Part shown: piece by piece, positions 63,129 to 64,000 of the stretch
How the letters are laid out: every line of letters begins with the position of its first letter
Position numbering within the stretch: position 1 is the first letter of the stretch
Assembly (NCBI GenBank): GCA_028693955.1
Contig: JAQUUH010000002.1
Span: 9,264 to 73,263, forward strand
Direction of reading: 5' to 3'
Origin: Bacilli bacterium
GTDB lineage: Bacteria; Bacillota_I; Bacilli_A; RFN20; UBA1709
DNA: 64,000 nucleotides
Translations under genes and position numbers: made by a program
The notes under the pieces: generated by a model
Told to the model about the DNA's origin: nothing
The model's input: only the letters and a program-made list of their open reading frames with translations
Database searches by the model: none

Positions 63129-64000
63129 ATGATTTTTGTTTATATTTTACTTTGTGCATTATTAATAACAATATTATTTTTTGGGGTTTTTAGTTATATC
63201 ATTTTTTTGTCTTCATTAAAAAGAAAAGAAATTTCATCAATTCAATTAAAAGAAGATTTTAAAAATAATGATAAAGAAAGTCTTGAGTATCTATTAGATA
63301 AAGAATATCAAAATGTTTTTATTAAGGCTCAAGATGAAACTAGACTTCATGGAATGTATATAAAAAATTCTAGCAAAACTCTAAATATAGCAGTAATTGC
63401 TCATCGTTATAGAGCGGACGCAACAACATTAGGTCTTATTGCAAAAATATATATAGAAAAAGGATTTGATGTACTACTTATAGATTCAAGAGCACATGGA
63501 TTAAGTGGCGGTAAATATTGTGGCATGGGGGCTCTAGAAAAAGATGACATCAAAGAATGGATTAATTATGTAAATGATAGATTTATGAATAAATGTAACA
63601 TAATCCTTCATGGGGTATCCTTAGGAGCTGCCAGCTGTTTGGGAAGTTTATATAAAAATGATAATGAATCTGTTAAAATGGTTTTTGCGGATAGTACTTT
63701 TACTAAAGTATATGATATTTATGTCCGCGTAGGGACTAAAAGATATGGGAAAATTTTAGCTTCAATATTAATGGTATTTACTTGTTTATTAACAAGGATG
63801 ATTGCAAAATTTTCTTTAAGAAAGATATCAACATCAGAATGGATTAAAGAATCGAAAATACCAATTATGTTTATTATCGGTAGTGAAGATAAAATGATTA
63901 ATCAAGATAAATTTTTACTATTATATGATGGTTATAAAGGGCCAAAAGAATTAAAAGTTATTGAAGGGGCTCATCACGCTTTAGGGCATTATGTAGATAA
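63129..64000 (+). CDS. Alpha/beta hydrolase (COG1073-like, N-terminal TM anchor), 3'-truncated by the window edge
   Basis: The frame is open from ATG 63129 to the window end: MIFVYILLCALL...(TM)...HGMYIKN...AVIAHRYRADA...LLIDSRAHGLSGG...the nucleophile elbow HGVSLGA...GSEDKMI...EGAHHA (Ser-Asp-His triad order). Confidence 0.6.
   Translation, partial: MIFVYILLCALLITILFFGVFSYIIFLSSLKRKEISSIQLKEDFKNNDKESLEYLLDKEYQNVFIKAQDETRLHGMYIKNSSKTLNIAVIAHRYRADATTLGLIAKIYIEKGFDVLLIDSRAHGLSGGKYCGMGALEKDDIKEWINYVNDRFMNKCNIILHGVSLGAASCLGSLYKNDNESVKMVFADSTFTKVYDIYVRVGTKRYGKILASILMVFTCLLTRMIAKFSLRKISTSEWIKESKIPIMFIIGSEDKMINQDKFLLLYDGYKGPKELKVIEGAHHALGHYVD

Overview
This AT-rich (~27-28% GC) bacterial window reads with the standard genetic code and spans the chromosomal replication origin and conserved housekeeping genes. 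Long housekeeping ORFs (gyrA, mfd, mutS) are uninterrupted, so TGA is a stop codon and this is not a UGA=Trp Mycoplasma-type code. Gene content and local synteny are strongly Bacillus-like; the most unusual piece is an 18-kb co-oriented block of ori-proximal housekeeping genes sitting between mnmE and mnmG. The other odd features point to a low-GC Firmicutes/Tenericutes-grade organism: a short 4.5S-type SRP RNA, a type-B RNase P RNA, RNase Y, RNase M5, YmdB and RicA/RicT.

The oriC core is rpmH-rnpA-yidC-jag-mnmE on the minus strand and dnaA-dnaN-yaaA-recF-gyrB-gyrA on the plus strand. DnaA-box clusters flank dnaA on both sides, and an AT-rich unwinding element lies between dnaA and dnaN.

Left of the origin, mnmE and mnmG are separated by an ~18-kb co-oriented block of ori-proximal housekeeping genes. 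On the minus strand it runs tatD-rnmV-rsmA-ispE-prs-plsC-like-ffs-tadA-dnaX-recR-tmk-holB-ricT-rsmI, then an EF-G paralogue, two peptidases/hydrolases and metG. It continues into mnmG-rsmG-parA-parB-rluB-pth-mfd.

The first 13 kb is a plus-strand block: dnaD' (3' fragment)-nth, recU on the opposite strand, rnpB RNA, pgsA-cinA-recA, rny-ymdB, an ABC transporter pair, miaB, a ricA-like gene, a membrane-anchored XRE regulator and a DUF4097 protein.

Right of the origin after gyrA come a T-box leader, serS, mutS-mutL-miaA-tcdA, a duplicated-repeat membrane protein, a GPH-family MFS transporter and a partial alpha/beta hydrolase.

I found no CRISPR array, no recognisable integrase or transposase, and no tRNA genes. 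The features worth a second look are:
- the bipartite oriC architecture;
- the origin-spanning rearrangement that splits mnmE from mnmG;
- the head-on gene block at 1-13 kb;
- an EF-G paralogue that appears to have lost its catalytic histidines;
- a two-gene module of a membrane-tethered XRE regulator (duplicated NWWHPGW motif, poly-acidic tail) with an overlapping DUF4097 protein;
- a membrane protein of unknown function with an internal two-fold repeat.
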